DNA of 64,000 nt, taken from IMG/VR virus record IMGVR_UViG_3300027708_000033, positions 1 to 64,000 of that record; one strand, 5' to 3'. This document shows positions 37,569 through 46,096 of the stretch, piece after piece (within the stretch, counting starts at the first letter, position 1; every line of letters begins with the position of its first letter). Source of the stretch: a virus. The notes below the pieces were generated by a model, which saw nothing but the letters and a program-made list of their open reading frames with translations, ran no database searches and had not been told where the DNA came from. The position numbers and the translations under genes were made by a program.

Positions 37569-38563
37569 GTGTCTTCCTTATCTTTTGTAGTTGCTAGTCT
37601 GGCTATTGCCTGACCGTATTCTGACTTACGAGAGTTTGCAAAGCGTCGTACCCATTGGGGGTGAGGGAGCACACAGTACTCTTCGTCAGTGAATCCTTGT
37701 TTTGTGAGACCTTTTTCAGCTAGTCTACCTAACGCAATGATAGGAGGTTCACCAATAGCCTTCCATAGTGAGCGAATCACGCCAGGTTCTTGGTCGTTGA
37801 TGTTGATTAGACCAATTTCCTTCCAAAATTCATCTGGCAGTGAAGTAAGTAGGTACTCACCAGAATTACTGTCTAATGGAGTAAAAGGCAAGTCAGTCTT
37901 GTGGCTATACTTCTTCTTTATATTTGGTCGGTCACCAATTAGAAGGACCTTTGGTTTTGGGACTCCAATGTACTGCGGAAAATACTCTAGATGTGAAGCC
38001 ATGATTGACACTTCTTGCGCAGCATCGACAATCATCTTTGCTAACTCAGGAAGAGCATCTAGGCTATCTGGCTTAGGAGTCAGCATCGCCGTACCTATAG
38101 AAGCTCGTCGTGCAATGTGATACTGGCTCAAGATTTCTGACAAATCAGATGTGTCTACAAAGTCATCACCACGCGCCTCTAAACGCCGCTGAATGACCTC
38201 TAGAGGCTGATAAAGCCAGAACTGTGCAATACCACGAGATGCCATAAATAGTTCCACCCAGCGCCATCCAGCCTGTCCAAGTAGACCATATCCGTCTGCG
38301 TTAGTACCTGGTCTGAACTTAGGTGCATAGGTGATTTCACCCCAGTGCCAACGGTCAGATAGGCAGATTTGTTTAAACAGATTTTCATGCTCTATAGCCA
38401 AGACGTAGTCATTTAGAACCCAATTACGTGTCAGTTCTTCTGGCTTGCCTTTATGAAAAAGCTTAATAGGAGCACTGCGAAAGCGAGTGCTAAGTTCTTG
38501 TTTTACTGCCTCAGTTAAAGAGGTCTTGCCTGAAGCGTCGGTGCCTTCAAGTACTATAAACAT
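37553..38563 (-). CDS. dNMP kinase fused to uracil-DNA-glycosylase-like domain
   Basis: N-terminal LEGTDASGKTS, DRWHWGE..Y, R..RGDD; C-terminal VLLIGDRP..PF....SG.YL..IALG..A..LPHP; start ATG 38563. Confidence 0.75.
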   Translation of the reverse strand: MFIVLEGTDASGKTSLTEAVKQELSTRFRSAPIKLFHKGKPEELTRNWVLNDYVLAIEHENLFKQICLSDRWHWGEITYAPKFRPGTNADGYGLLGQAGWRWVELFMASRGIAQFWLYQPLEVIQRRLEARGDDFVDTSDLSEILSQYHIARRASIGTAMLTPKPDSLDALPELAKMIVDAAQEVSIMASHLEYFPQYIGVPKPKVLLIGDRPNIKKKYSHKTDLPFTPLDSNSGEYLLTSLPDEFWKEIGLININDQEPGVIRSLWKAIGEPPIIALGRLAEKGLTKQGFTDEEYCVLPHPQWVRRFANSRKSEYGQAIARLATTKDKEDTWILR

Positions 38564-38566
38564 GCG

Positions 38567-38595
38567 TGTCCTTTTGTCATTGTGGTTCAATTATA
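38567..38595 (-). promoter_or_regulatory. promoter -10 plus conserved leader motif
   Basis: TATAAT-N8-AATGACAAAAGGACA just before the kinase ATG. Confidence 0.65.
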
Positions 38596-38600
38596 CCACG

Positions 38601-39071
38601 TTACGGAATAAGTTCTATCCTGTAAATAGAATCTATTTTAGAGTCGTTCTTTGAAGACTCTTCGAGTAGACGCTGCGCTACGTTAGTTAGATACCTAGCT
38701 CCACCGTCATCGTACTTGTATAGTGCGTCAAGAACAGCTTCAGCGTCCTCACTGACCTGTGCCCAGTAACGATACTTCTCAGGAAAGACTAGTTCTGCTT
38801 CTTCAGTCGGGTCGCATTCCTCACATGGTAGTGCATCTTGAGCTAGCTCTGTGTACTCGACTTCTTGCAGGCCGTAGCGCTTTACAAGCTGGCATGCTGC
38901 TCCGTGATAGATAAGTGACACACCTACTCGTGACAAAATGTACGAACCGCTTTCAGTGCGGTATAGTTCAAACTCAATCCAGCGAGTGGAGCCGCGACGG
39001 TAAGATGAAGACTTACCTAGCAACCTTCCACTAAACTGGAGCGTGCGTGCTCCGTCTTTTACCTCTAGCAA
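38601..39071 (-). CDS. hypothetical protein
   Basis: 156-aa ORF; L.F.G.LLG..SS....RW.E.ELYRT..G.Y pattern, Cys/His cluster. Confidence 0.7.
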   Translation of the reverse strand: MLEVKDGARTLQFSGRLLGKSSSYRRGSTRWIEFELYRTESGSYILSRVGVSLIYHGAACQLVKRYGLQEVEYTELAQDALPCEECDPTEEAELVFPEKYRYWAQVSEDAEAVLDALYKYDDGGARYLTNVAQRLLEESSKNDSKIDSIYRIELIP

Positions 39072-39111
39072 TGGATTCTCTTTCTAATACGTCTATGCCT
39101 GTAAGACAATT

Positions 39112-39348
39112 TTATTTAGAATCGGCAGAGGTGTCTTTGTTGAGAACCGCATCTAGCTGAGACTGGAGCTTAGCATTCTTCTCCCGCTCAAGGACTAGAA
39201 GAGTCTCTAGTTCAGTGTTGCCTAGAACGTAGCCTGAAAGCTTCTCTCTAGTTGTCTGAAGTAGACGAGCTAAAGTGTCGTAGTCTGCAGACTGCTGCTG
39301 CTGCTCGACACCCTTTGGTGCTTTTCTTGGGTCAAATGAATCTGTCAT
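39112..39348 (-). CDS. small coiled-coil protein following the tail fibre
   Basis: AAGGAG RBS; helical heptads. Confidence 0.65.
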   Translation of the reverse strand: MTDSFDPRKAPKGVEQQQQSADYDTLARLLQTTREKLSGYVLGNTELETLLVLEREKNAKLQSQLDAVLNKDTSADSK

Positions 39349-39362
39349 TATATTCTCCTTGT

Positions 39363-42266
39363 TTATTTGTTTTCTAACGTTTCTATTCTAGCAGCCATTG
39401 AGGCTATAAGGCTCTCTAAAGAGGTGAGTTTCTCGGCATGAGCTCGTGCAACAATTTGAAGTGCCGACACATAAAACTCGTACTGAATAGTCTCAGGTAG
39501 CCCTTCAGAGTCGTATGAGATGTATGCATGCAGTCCGGCGTCGTGCATCTGTTCAGCAATCATACCGGCATGCTTAGGCGCAGAGCTTTCTTCTTCATTG
39601 TAGTGATACTGCACTGGTATAACAGATAGAACTTGCTCAGCTGTGTATTGTAGCGGTTCGATGTTCTTCTTAAACCTACGGCTAGACGCTACGTAGCCTA
39701 GTGTGTCAGGTGTCGTAGAAGAGGTGACGTATACCGAGCGGTAAGACGTAGTTAGAGTGTTGCCGTACACGTTCTGTGCATAGACTCGACCGACGCTCGA
39801 CAAGTTGATTACACCTAGAGTAGCACTTCCGTCATAGTAAATTCCGGCGCTAGTAGTGTTTGTTCTAACAGCAAAACCATTATTACCTGCAGTGTAGTCT
39901 CCCATGTAGGTCAGCCCGCCTAGCGGATTTATAAATATCGAAGATGCAACGTTAGCGCTTGTCAGAGCCTGAATCTGCGTCGCAGACATCTTTATTCTAG
40001 AAGAGCCGGTGTTTCCAATTATAAAGGCAACGTTTTCGTTAGTCGTCGTAACGCTTGCGCTAGCGTATCCAATCTGTACAGGACCGTTTAGACGAATCTT
40101 TGAATAGCCGCCGTTTCCGTTGACGCTACCGGCAGTTCCAATTGTGGCAATTATGTCTCCCCAACCGGTATCTAAAGTCAGGTTTCCCCAGGTCGGGTCT
40201 GAGAAAGACCCCCCACTAGTGCTAAGACCTAAAGTTCCGGTGCCTAAATACGCTGCGCTATATGGATTAGCTCCGCCTGCGTTAGTGATAGATGCTGATA
40301 AAATACCATAGGCAACAGGAGAACCTGACTGATTGTCATAAATACCGAGAGAAAATCCGGTGCTGCCACTTGTACCACTGCTGCTAAATCCGCCTAGAAA
40401 AAATGACTGTTTAGATGCGTATGCACCTAAGATTCCAGGACCTGCTGTAGTGGCACCAGGCAACGTAATGTGCCCAAACTGAATGTAGTTCACCGGGCTA
40501 GCTAGAGTTGAGTCGGCAAGACGAATTGTAGTTGTAGCAGTAATACGGTCACCTGTAATAGAACCTGCAACAATTGCGTTACCATAAAGCGTATTAGCGA
40601 CAACAGTGTTACCGTAAAGGCTGTTAGCAATAATTGTGTTACCTGATAGTGTGGCAGCAATTACTGTGTTACCAGATAGCGTATTAGCGACTACCGTGTT
40701 TCCATAAAGCGTATTAGCAAGAACGGTATTGCCAGATAAACTGTTAGCAATAACTGTGTTACCGTTTAGCGTGTTAGCGACAATAGAGTTACCTTGAAGC
40801 GTGTTGGCAATTACTGTGTTACCGCTGATAGTGTTTGCTAGAACAGTGTTGCCAGATAGGGTATTGGCAAGTATTGTGTTACCGCTTAGTGTGTTGGCGA
40901 CAATGGTGTTACCGTTTATTGTGTTAGCGATAACTGTATTGCCGTTTAGAGTGTTGGCTATTACAGAATTGCCCTGAAGTGTGTTGGCGACAATGGTATT
41001 ACCACTCAAGGTGTTGGCGATAATTGAGTTACCGAAGACCGTGTTGGCAACTAAGGTATTGCCGTACAGCGTGTTAGCTGTGACTCGGTCACCAGCAATG
41101 CTGTTGGCCAAGATGTTGTTACCGGTAATAGTGTTTGCAGCTATCTTTGCACCGGTTATGCTGTTAGCCAGAATAGCATTTGCTGTCACGGCGTTAGTTG
41201 CTATGGCGTTGGCTGTGATTGCGTTAGCAGCAATAGCGTTAGCTGTTACGGCACCAGCATCTATCTTTGCTGCTGTAATTGAATTAGCTTGAATAGCAAC
41301 AGCAGTAACGGCATTAGCTGCAATAGCGTTTGCAGTAATAGCGTTAGCAGCAATAGCATTAGCCGTTACAGCGTTAGCATCTATCTTTGCTGCTGTAATT
41401 GAATTAGCTGCAATGGCATTTGCTGTTACAGCATTTGCTGCAATTTTAGTGCCAGTAATAGCAGCCGCTGCTATAGCATCACTATCAACGGCGTTAGCGA
41501 CTATGTTTCTAGTATTGACAGCAGCATTTGCTATTGCGTTACTGTCTACAGCATTTGCTGAAATCTTAGTACTAGTGATAGCGGCAGACGCTATAGCGTT
41601 ACTGTCTACAGCATTTGCAGCAATCTTTCCAATTACAACTGCGTTAGGTGCAATCTCTATAGAGGTGACAGCGTTAGCGGCAATTTGAAGCTCTGTGACA
41701 GCGTTAGCGGCAATCTTAGTTGAGTCGATTGCGTTAGCAAGAATGTTTATAGACTGCACTGCGTTAGCGGCAAGACCGGCATTTACTACTGCACCAACTG
41801 CGATAGCAGTAGAAGTTACCGCATTTGCTGCTATCTGTGCAGACGTAACAGCGTTAGCAGCAATTTTTGCAGATGTAACTGCATCCGCTGCAAGTTTTTC
41901 ATTGACTACTGCGTTAGCAGCAATGATGGTGCTTGTCACCGAGTTGGCAGCAAGCTGAGCCTCTGTAACAGCGTTAGCAGCAATTTTTATTGTCGAGATA
42001 GCGCCGTCAAAAATCTTAGATTCGGTGACAATAAGGTCTTGAATCTGAGCAGAACCAACAGAACCACCTGCGATAAGTGTACCGTCGATGATTCCAGGCA
42101 AGATTGAGCCTTGTGTAACAGCTTCTTGCTGAATGTGAGTAGCACTAATAGTGTTAGCTGAAATCTTACGAGCAGCAGGTCTAGTTTCTAGGTTGTATAG
42201 ACGGTTGTCTATGTTTGAAATGTTACTGTTTAGAGTGTTTTTAGAGCGATAACGTCTACTTGCCAA
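39363..42266 (-). CDS. tail fibre/spike with 10-aa repeats and C-terminal intramolecular chaperone (peptidase S74-like)
   Basis: Long NAVT...IAA and ANTL.GNTV decamer repeats; SSRRFKKNI...PV.Y.Y...G.IAE followed by a coiled coil. Confidence 0.85.
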   Translation of the reverse strand: MASRRYRSKNTLNSNISNIDNRLYNLETRPAARKISANTISATHIQQEAVTQGSILPGIIDGTLIAGGSVGSAQIQDLIVTESKIFDGAISTIKIAANAVTEAQLAANSVTSTIIAANAVVNEKLAADAVTSAKIAANAVTSAQIAANAVTSTAIAVGAVVNAGLAANAVQSINILANAIDSTKIAANAVTELQIAANAVTSIEIAPNAVVIGKIAANAVDSNAIASAAITSTKISANAVDSNAIANAAVNTRNIVANAVDSDAIAAAAITGTKIAANAVTANAIAANSITAAKIDANAVTANAIAANAITANAIAANAVTAVAIQANSITAAKIDAGAVTANAIAANAITANAIATNAVTANAILANSITGAKIAANTITGNNILANSIAGDRVTANTLYGNTLVANTVFGNSIIANTLSGNTIVANTLQGNSVIANTLNGNTVIANTINGNTIVANTLSGNTILANTLSGNTVLANTISGNTVIANTLQGNSIVANTLNGNTVIANSLSGNTVLANTLYGNTVVANTLSGNTVIAATLSGNTIIANSLYGNTVVANTLYGNAIVAGSITGDRITATTTIRLADSTLASPVNYIQFGHITLPGATTAGPGILGAYASKQSFFLGGFSSSGTSGSTGFSLGIYDNQSGSPVAYGILSASITNAGGANPYSAAYLGTGTLGLSTSGGSFSDPTWGNLTLDTGWGDIIATIGTAGSVNGNGGYSKIRLNGPVQIGYASASVTTTNENVAFIIGNTGSSRIKMSATQIQALTSANVASSIFINPLGGLTYMGDYTAGNNGFAVRTNTTSAGIYYDGSATLGVINLSSVGRVYAQNVYGNTLTTSYRSVYVTSSTTPDTLGYVASSRRFKKNIEPLQYTAEQVLSVIPVQYHYNEEESSAPKHAGMIAEQMHDAGLHAYISYDSEGLPETIQYEFYVSALQIVARAHAEKLTSLESLIASMAARIETLENK
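40560..41990 (-). repeat. 30-bp (10-aa) degenerate tandem repeat array of two unit types
   Basis: Period-30 recurrence of GTTAGC/GTTGGC; exact internal duplications, e.g. GCATCTATCTTTGCTGCTGTAATTGAATTAGCT near 41257 and 41377. Confidence 0.85.
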
Positions 42267-45200
42267 TTTGGTCCGCCTGCCACTCTGGTACTAATGAAAG
42301 TGAAATCTTCTCTGGAAAGCTTGAACCATCTGGCACAGATACGTTTATACTGTCAATTTTTCTAATCATGACATCTCCACGTGGTTCTAGGTCGTTTGTC
42401 AAACGTTGCTGAATAAACTGGTCGTCAACAACAAGTGTACACCAGTCTCCAGGCGAGTAACTTCCGACTGCTGGAGTAATAGAGCCATTTACTGATACTC
42501 TTATCTTCATGTCTGGCGGTTTAGCCTCAGCAAGATACCGCTGTGCGTAACTGTACAGTAAGTTTTCGTCGTATATGTCCTGGTCAGTGTGGCTGTCATC
42601 TAGCAAAGGCCATCCAGTCATCGTTCCACTCGTCGGGTTTAGTAGGCTTGTGTCTACTGCAACTGCGTATGGCTGGCTTGCCCCATCACCTAGTTCACCG
42701 ATGTTTCCAACCATGAAGAATCTTGTCGCTGAGTTCTCAGCTGATTCGTCAATTGAAAGGTCGCTAATGTTTCCAGGAAAGTTGAACACTATTTGGTCTG
42801 CGCCGAATGCACTTGGAGGAGCAAATGTTCCCAGGTAAAGAACTCCACCTGGTAAAGCAGAAAGATATGACTGAAGACTATCAGGAATGATAGGCAGCAA
42901 GACAAAGACTCGCTTGAATGTGTTTGTATTAGGGTCGTACGAACAGTCGACTCGATACTCAAAGCCATTGATTACGTCTGAGTACTTATCTAGTTCCTCA
43001 CCAATACTTCTTGTTTCGTATCCACGAAAGTTTATAGGCAAGGTCTGAGTCTGAGAGAATCCAGCTGATGAAAAATCAAACAGCATGTCTGAGTTGTTAG
43101 TGTACCCACCGTAGGTTCCATAGTGGATTTGTGGGTTAGAAGTGGCACTAGCAAAGCCGAATGCTCGTCGTGATGCTTGGTCTCCTGTGCCTGATACTGT
43201 GTACTGTAATCCAGCACCTGCAGTAATTGTGGCAGCCAAGCCAGTGCCACCAAAAGCGCTTCCAGAAGTAGCGATTCCAGTCGGGTTAGCAATCGCGTTT
43301 TCTACTGTCTTCTTAGCCGTTGGGCTGATAGTGTAACTAAACTTGTTAGTACTAACACTGGTTATTGTGGCATTAGTGACGTTGAAGTAAGGGCTAAGAA
43401 CTGTTGTGTTTCCAGTAATGGACTTAGAACTAACAGCTACACGAAGATTCGGGTACGTAGTAGTGCTTTTTTGATAAGTCAATGATGTTCCGCTTGGAGT
43501 AGACACGACGTTACCGTTAGTCACATTGAAGATTCCATCTACGACTGTAGCCACTCCGCTTATTGACGTCCTAGTTCTATCAACTGTGTAAGGCGTAGAG
43601 GTCACAGTAAACGTTGTGTTATTCGCACTAACAACGTCGTACTCGTTTTCAACTGAGTCGATAAGACTTACTGTAGTGGCATCGGCTGTTACTGCAGTAT
43701 TTTCAGCACCGCTGGCCTTCCAGAAAATGTGTGTTGCATCTACAGATGATACAGTCCACGTGCCATTGACTCCGTAGCTGTATGCTGCTGCGACTGTTCC
43801 AGGACTTGACACCGAGGTTCTGTTGCCTGAGTACTCAATTTTGTCGTCATACTGTAAAGTGTAGTCGTCTACAACCTTAGTAACTTTAAATCGACCATTC
43901 TTAAAATAACCTGACCCAATTGGTGATGTCCAGCTAGTGGTCAAATACACACCGGCTTTTAATCCATGTTTAGCGCCAAATTGAATGTTGACTAGGCTAT
44001 ATGTTTTTACATCTGGCTTTGCAGCTTTTCCGTGTTTTGCCACTAAGGTCGGAGTTAGTGTCTTAGTAGTCTTGTACCCGGTGACAGTAATTTTGTCGTT
44101 AGCTTTAACATTGTGATTGAGTGGCGCAGTTAGACGCACTATCTTGTTGTAGATGTAAACTTCGGTACACGAGACTGTACGCCGTGTGACGCCGCTTACC
44201 GTGACTTTATCAGCGACAGCAATGTTATGAGTAGCCGAGGTTGTAAAGACTAATGAATTAGTTGCGTATGTAAACGCGTATCCTGTAATTGCATACGTGT
44301 CTTTTACACCTGTAATTGTTACTGTGTTGCCGACTATTAAGTTATGCGGTGTGGCGGTATCTACTGTGAATGTAGCAATAGAGTTGGCTATACTCATTTT
44401 GCCGGTTGTAGTTTTAGTTAGGTCGGTGACACCTGAAACTGTTACTGTTCCTCCTAATGAATAGCCGTGGGCTTCAGCTGTAGTAAGCGTTGCAACGTTC
44501 GCATTGAGCTGGCGAGCAACCACAGTAGTGGTGTCGTACAGACCGCTTACATCTACTGTCACAGACGCGTTTACAGTTCCTAATCCGTGATTTTCTGATG
44601 TAGCGATTTGGACTATGTTGTTTGAAGACTGACGGTATTGAACTAGTGCGTAGGCGGTAGCCGTAGTACTGGTGAGTGTTCCGCTAGTAGTGGAACTGCT
44701 TTTTATTGTAAAACTTGACGCGTCTCTTGCGATTATTCTGCTGAGAGCTCCGCTGTTGATTGAGACGTACTGCCCGACCGAGAAGGCATTTGCACACTGG
44801 TAAACTGCTGTAGTTCCATTTGCAGATACAGAAGTAACTGTTTTATTTTTTAGAACAGCTGTGGTTACAGTTCCTGGAGACAGTGTAGTTAGGCCTTCGC
44901 TGTTCTTGGTGCCGGTGCTGTACTCAAAAGATGACTTAGTTGGAATGTTTGTCACTTTAACTGTGCCATCAAAACGATTAGTACTTCTAAGTGGATTGTC
45001 TAGACCTTCTAGCGTCACAGACTGGCCAACGTATAAACCATGAGGTGATTCAGTTGTAACAAGCGCAGTTCCTCCACTGAGTGTTCTGCTCGTGGCTCTA
45101 ACATAGACCGGGCTAGTTGCAGCGTAAGTTATACTTCCACCACCACTGTCATAGGTTACGTTTGTTCCTGACACCGAGGTTACTGTTTGGTATCCATCAA

Positions 45201-46050
45201 AGTTTGTGCCTACGTTAAATACTTGGAACTCTTGGCCTGGAATCAGAGTCGGAGTTGCATTCATCGTTATAGTTGCAACGCCGTCTGTTATTCCACGGTT
45301 TGTAATCGCTAACGTTGTGTTCTTTGACGGCTCTATTTCGTTGTTTGGAAAAGTAGTTCCATTAAAGTCTTTAGACACTGTGCTAATAAGTGAGCGCACG
45401 TAATCGTAGGTGTTAGTGTGCACATCGATAGTGACAGCTGGATAGGACCCGTCTGGCAAGGTAACTGAAGACAATGTCTGTGTCGCCACTGAAACTGCAC
45501 TTGCAGTAAAAGTCGCCACTTTAGTGGTGTCGTCTGCAATAGAGTCTGCAGAGAGCTTGTAGTATCCGTTGTATTTAAAATAATTTATGTCGCTCATAAT
45601 GATGTGGACAGTAGAGTCCTCATTTAATGTGTAGGTCATTCCATAACTAATGGTTGCTGTTATTACTCCACCTGACACTGAAAGATCGGCAGTAAAACTA
45701 TTGTGCCAAGTTCTCCATGCGCGGCGATGGTAAAGATAACTTGTAAACTCAGAGGCGCTAACATCTAGCTTCTTGGAAATAACATCGTACGTTCTTCCCC
45801 AGATAATTCCGCCCCAGACGCAGACACCATTTCTAACCACATACAGCGCAGTTTTACCAGGTAGAGTCGTGTCGTAGACTCCAAGTTTTGCAGTGTCAGG
45901 TGTAATTCCGATGCTACCGCTAAAAGAACCTGCACCTTTTAGCGCGCGCTCGTAGGTGACGCCTTTAAACGGGATTTCACCGAAGACTTTATTGGTGAGC
46001 AAATCAGCCGTAAAGTAGCGATAGGAATAAGTTCCATCGTTATTTGCCAT
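42256..46050 (-). CDS. minor tail (hub/Tal-like) protein with many inserted beta-domains
   Basis: Core Y...DLLT..V.GEIP...WGGIIW and C-terminal Y.PGDWC.L.V.D; follows the Dit-like gene. Confidence 0.8.
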   Translation of the reverse strand: MANNDGTYSYRYFTADLLTNKVFGEIPFKGVTYERALKGAGSFSGSIGITPDTAKLGVYDTTLPGKTALYVVRNGVCVWGGIIWGRTYDVISKKLDVSASEFTSYLYHRRAWRTWHNSFTADLSVSGGVITATISYGMTYTLNEDSTVHIIMSDINYFKYNGYYKLSADSIADDTTKVATFTASAVSVATQTLSSVTLPDGSYPAVTIDVHTNTYDYVRSLISTVSKDFNGTTFPNNEIEPSKNTTLAITNRGITDGVATITMNATPTLIPGQEFQVFNVGTNFDGYQTVTSVSGTNVTYDSGGGSITYAATSPVYVRATSRTLSGGTALVTTESPHGLYVGQSVTLEGLDNPLRSTNRFDGTVKVTNIPTKSSFEYSTGTKNSEGLTTLSPGTVTTAVLKNKTVTSVSANGTTAVYQCANAFSVGQYVSINSGALSRIIARDASSFTIKSSSTTSGTLTSTTATAYALVQYRQSSNNIVQIATSENHGLGTVNASVTVDVSGLYDTTTVVARQLNANVATLTTAEAHGYSLGGTVTVSGVTDLTKTTTGKMSIANSIATFTVDTATPHNLIVGNTVTITGVKDTYAITGYAFTYATNSLVFTTSATHNIAVADKVTVSGVTRRTVSCTEVYIYNKIVRLTAPLNHNVKANDKITVTGYKTTKTLTPTLVAKHGKAAKPDVKTYSLVNIQFGAKHGLKAGVYLTTSWTSPIGSGYFKNGRFKVTKVVDDYTLQYDDKIEYSGNRTSVSSPGTVAAAYSYGVNGTWTVSSVDATHIFWKASGAENTAVTADATTVSLIDSVENEYDVVSANNTTFTVTSTPYTVDRTRTSISGVATVVDGIFNVTNGNVVSTPSGTSLTYQKSTTTYPNLRVAVSSKSITGNTTVLSPYFNVTNATITSVSTNKFSYTISPTAKKTVENAIANPTGIATSGSAFGGTGLAATITAGAGLQYTVSGTGDQASRRAFGFASATSNPQIHYGTYGGYTNNSDMLFDFSSAGFSQTQTLPINFRGYETRSIGEELDKYSDVINGFEYRVDCSYDPNTNTFKRVFVLLPIIPDSLQSYLSALPGGVLYLGTFAPPSAFGADQIVFNFPGNISDLSIDESAENSATRFFMVGNIGELGDGASQPYAVAVDTSLLNPTSGTMTGWPLLDDSHTDQDIYDENLLYSYAQRYLAEAKPPDMKIRVSVNGSITPAVGSYSPGDWCTLVVDDQFIQQRLTNDLEPRGDVMIRKIDSINVSVPDGSSFPEKISLSLVPEWQADQIGK

Positions 46051-46096
46051 GTTGTCTTACTTTCCGTATCGGTCTCTTAGGATAATCTTATCATTT

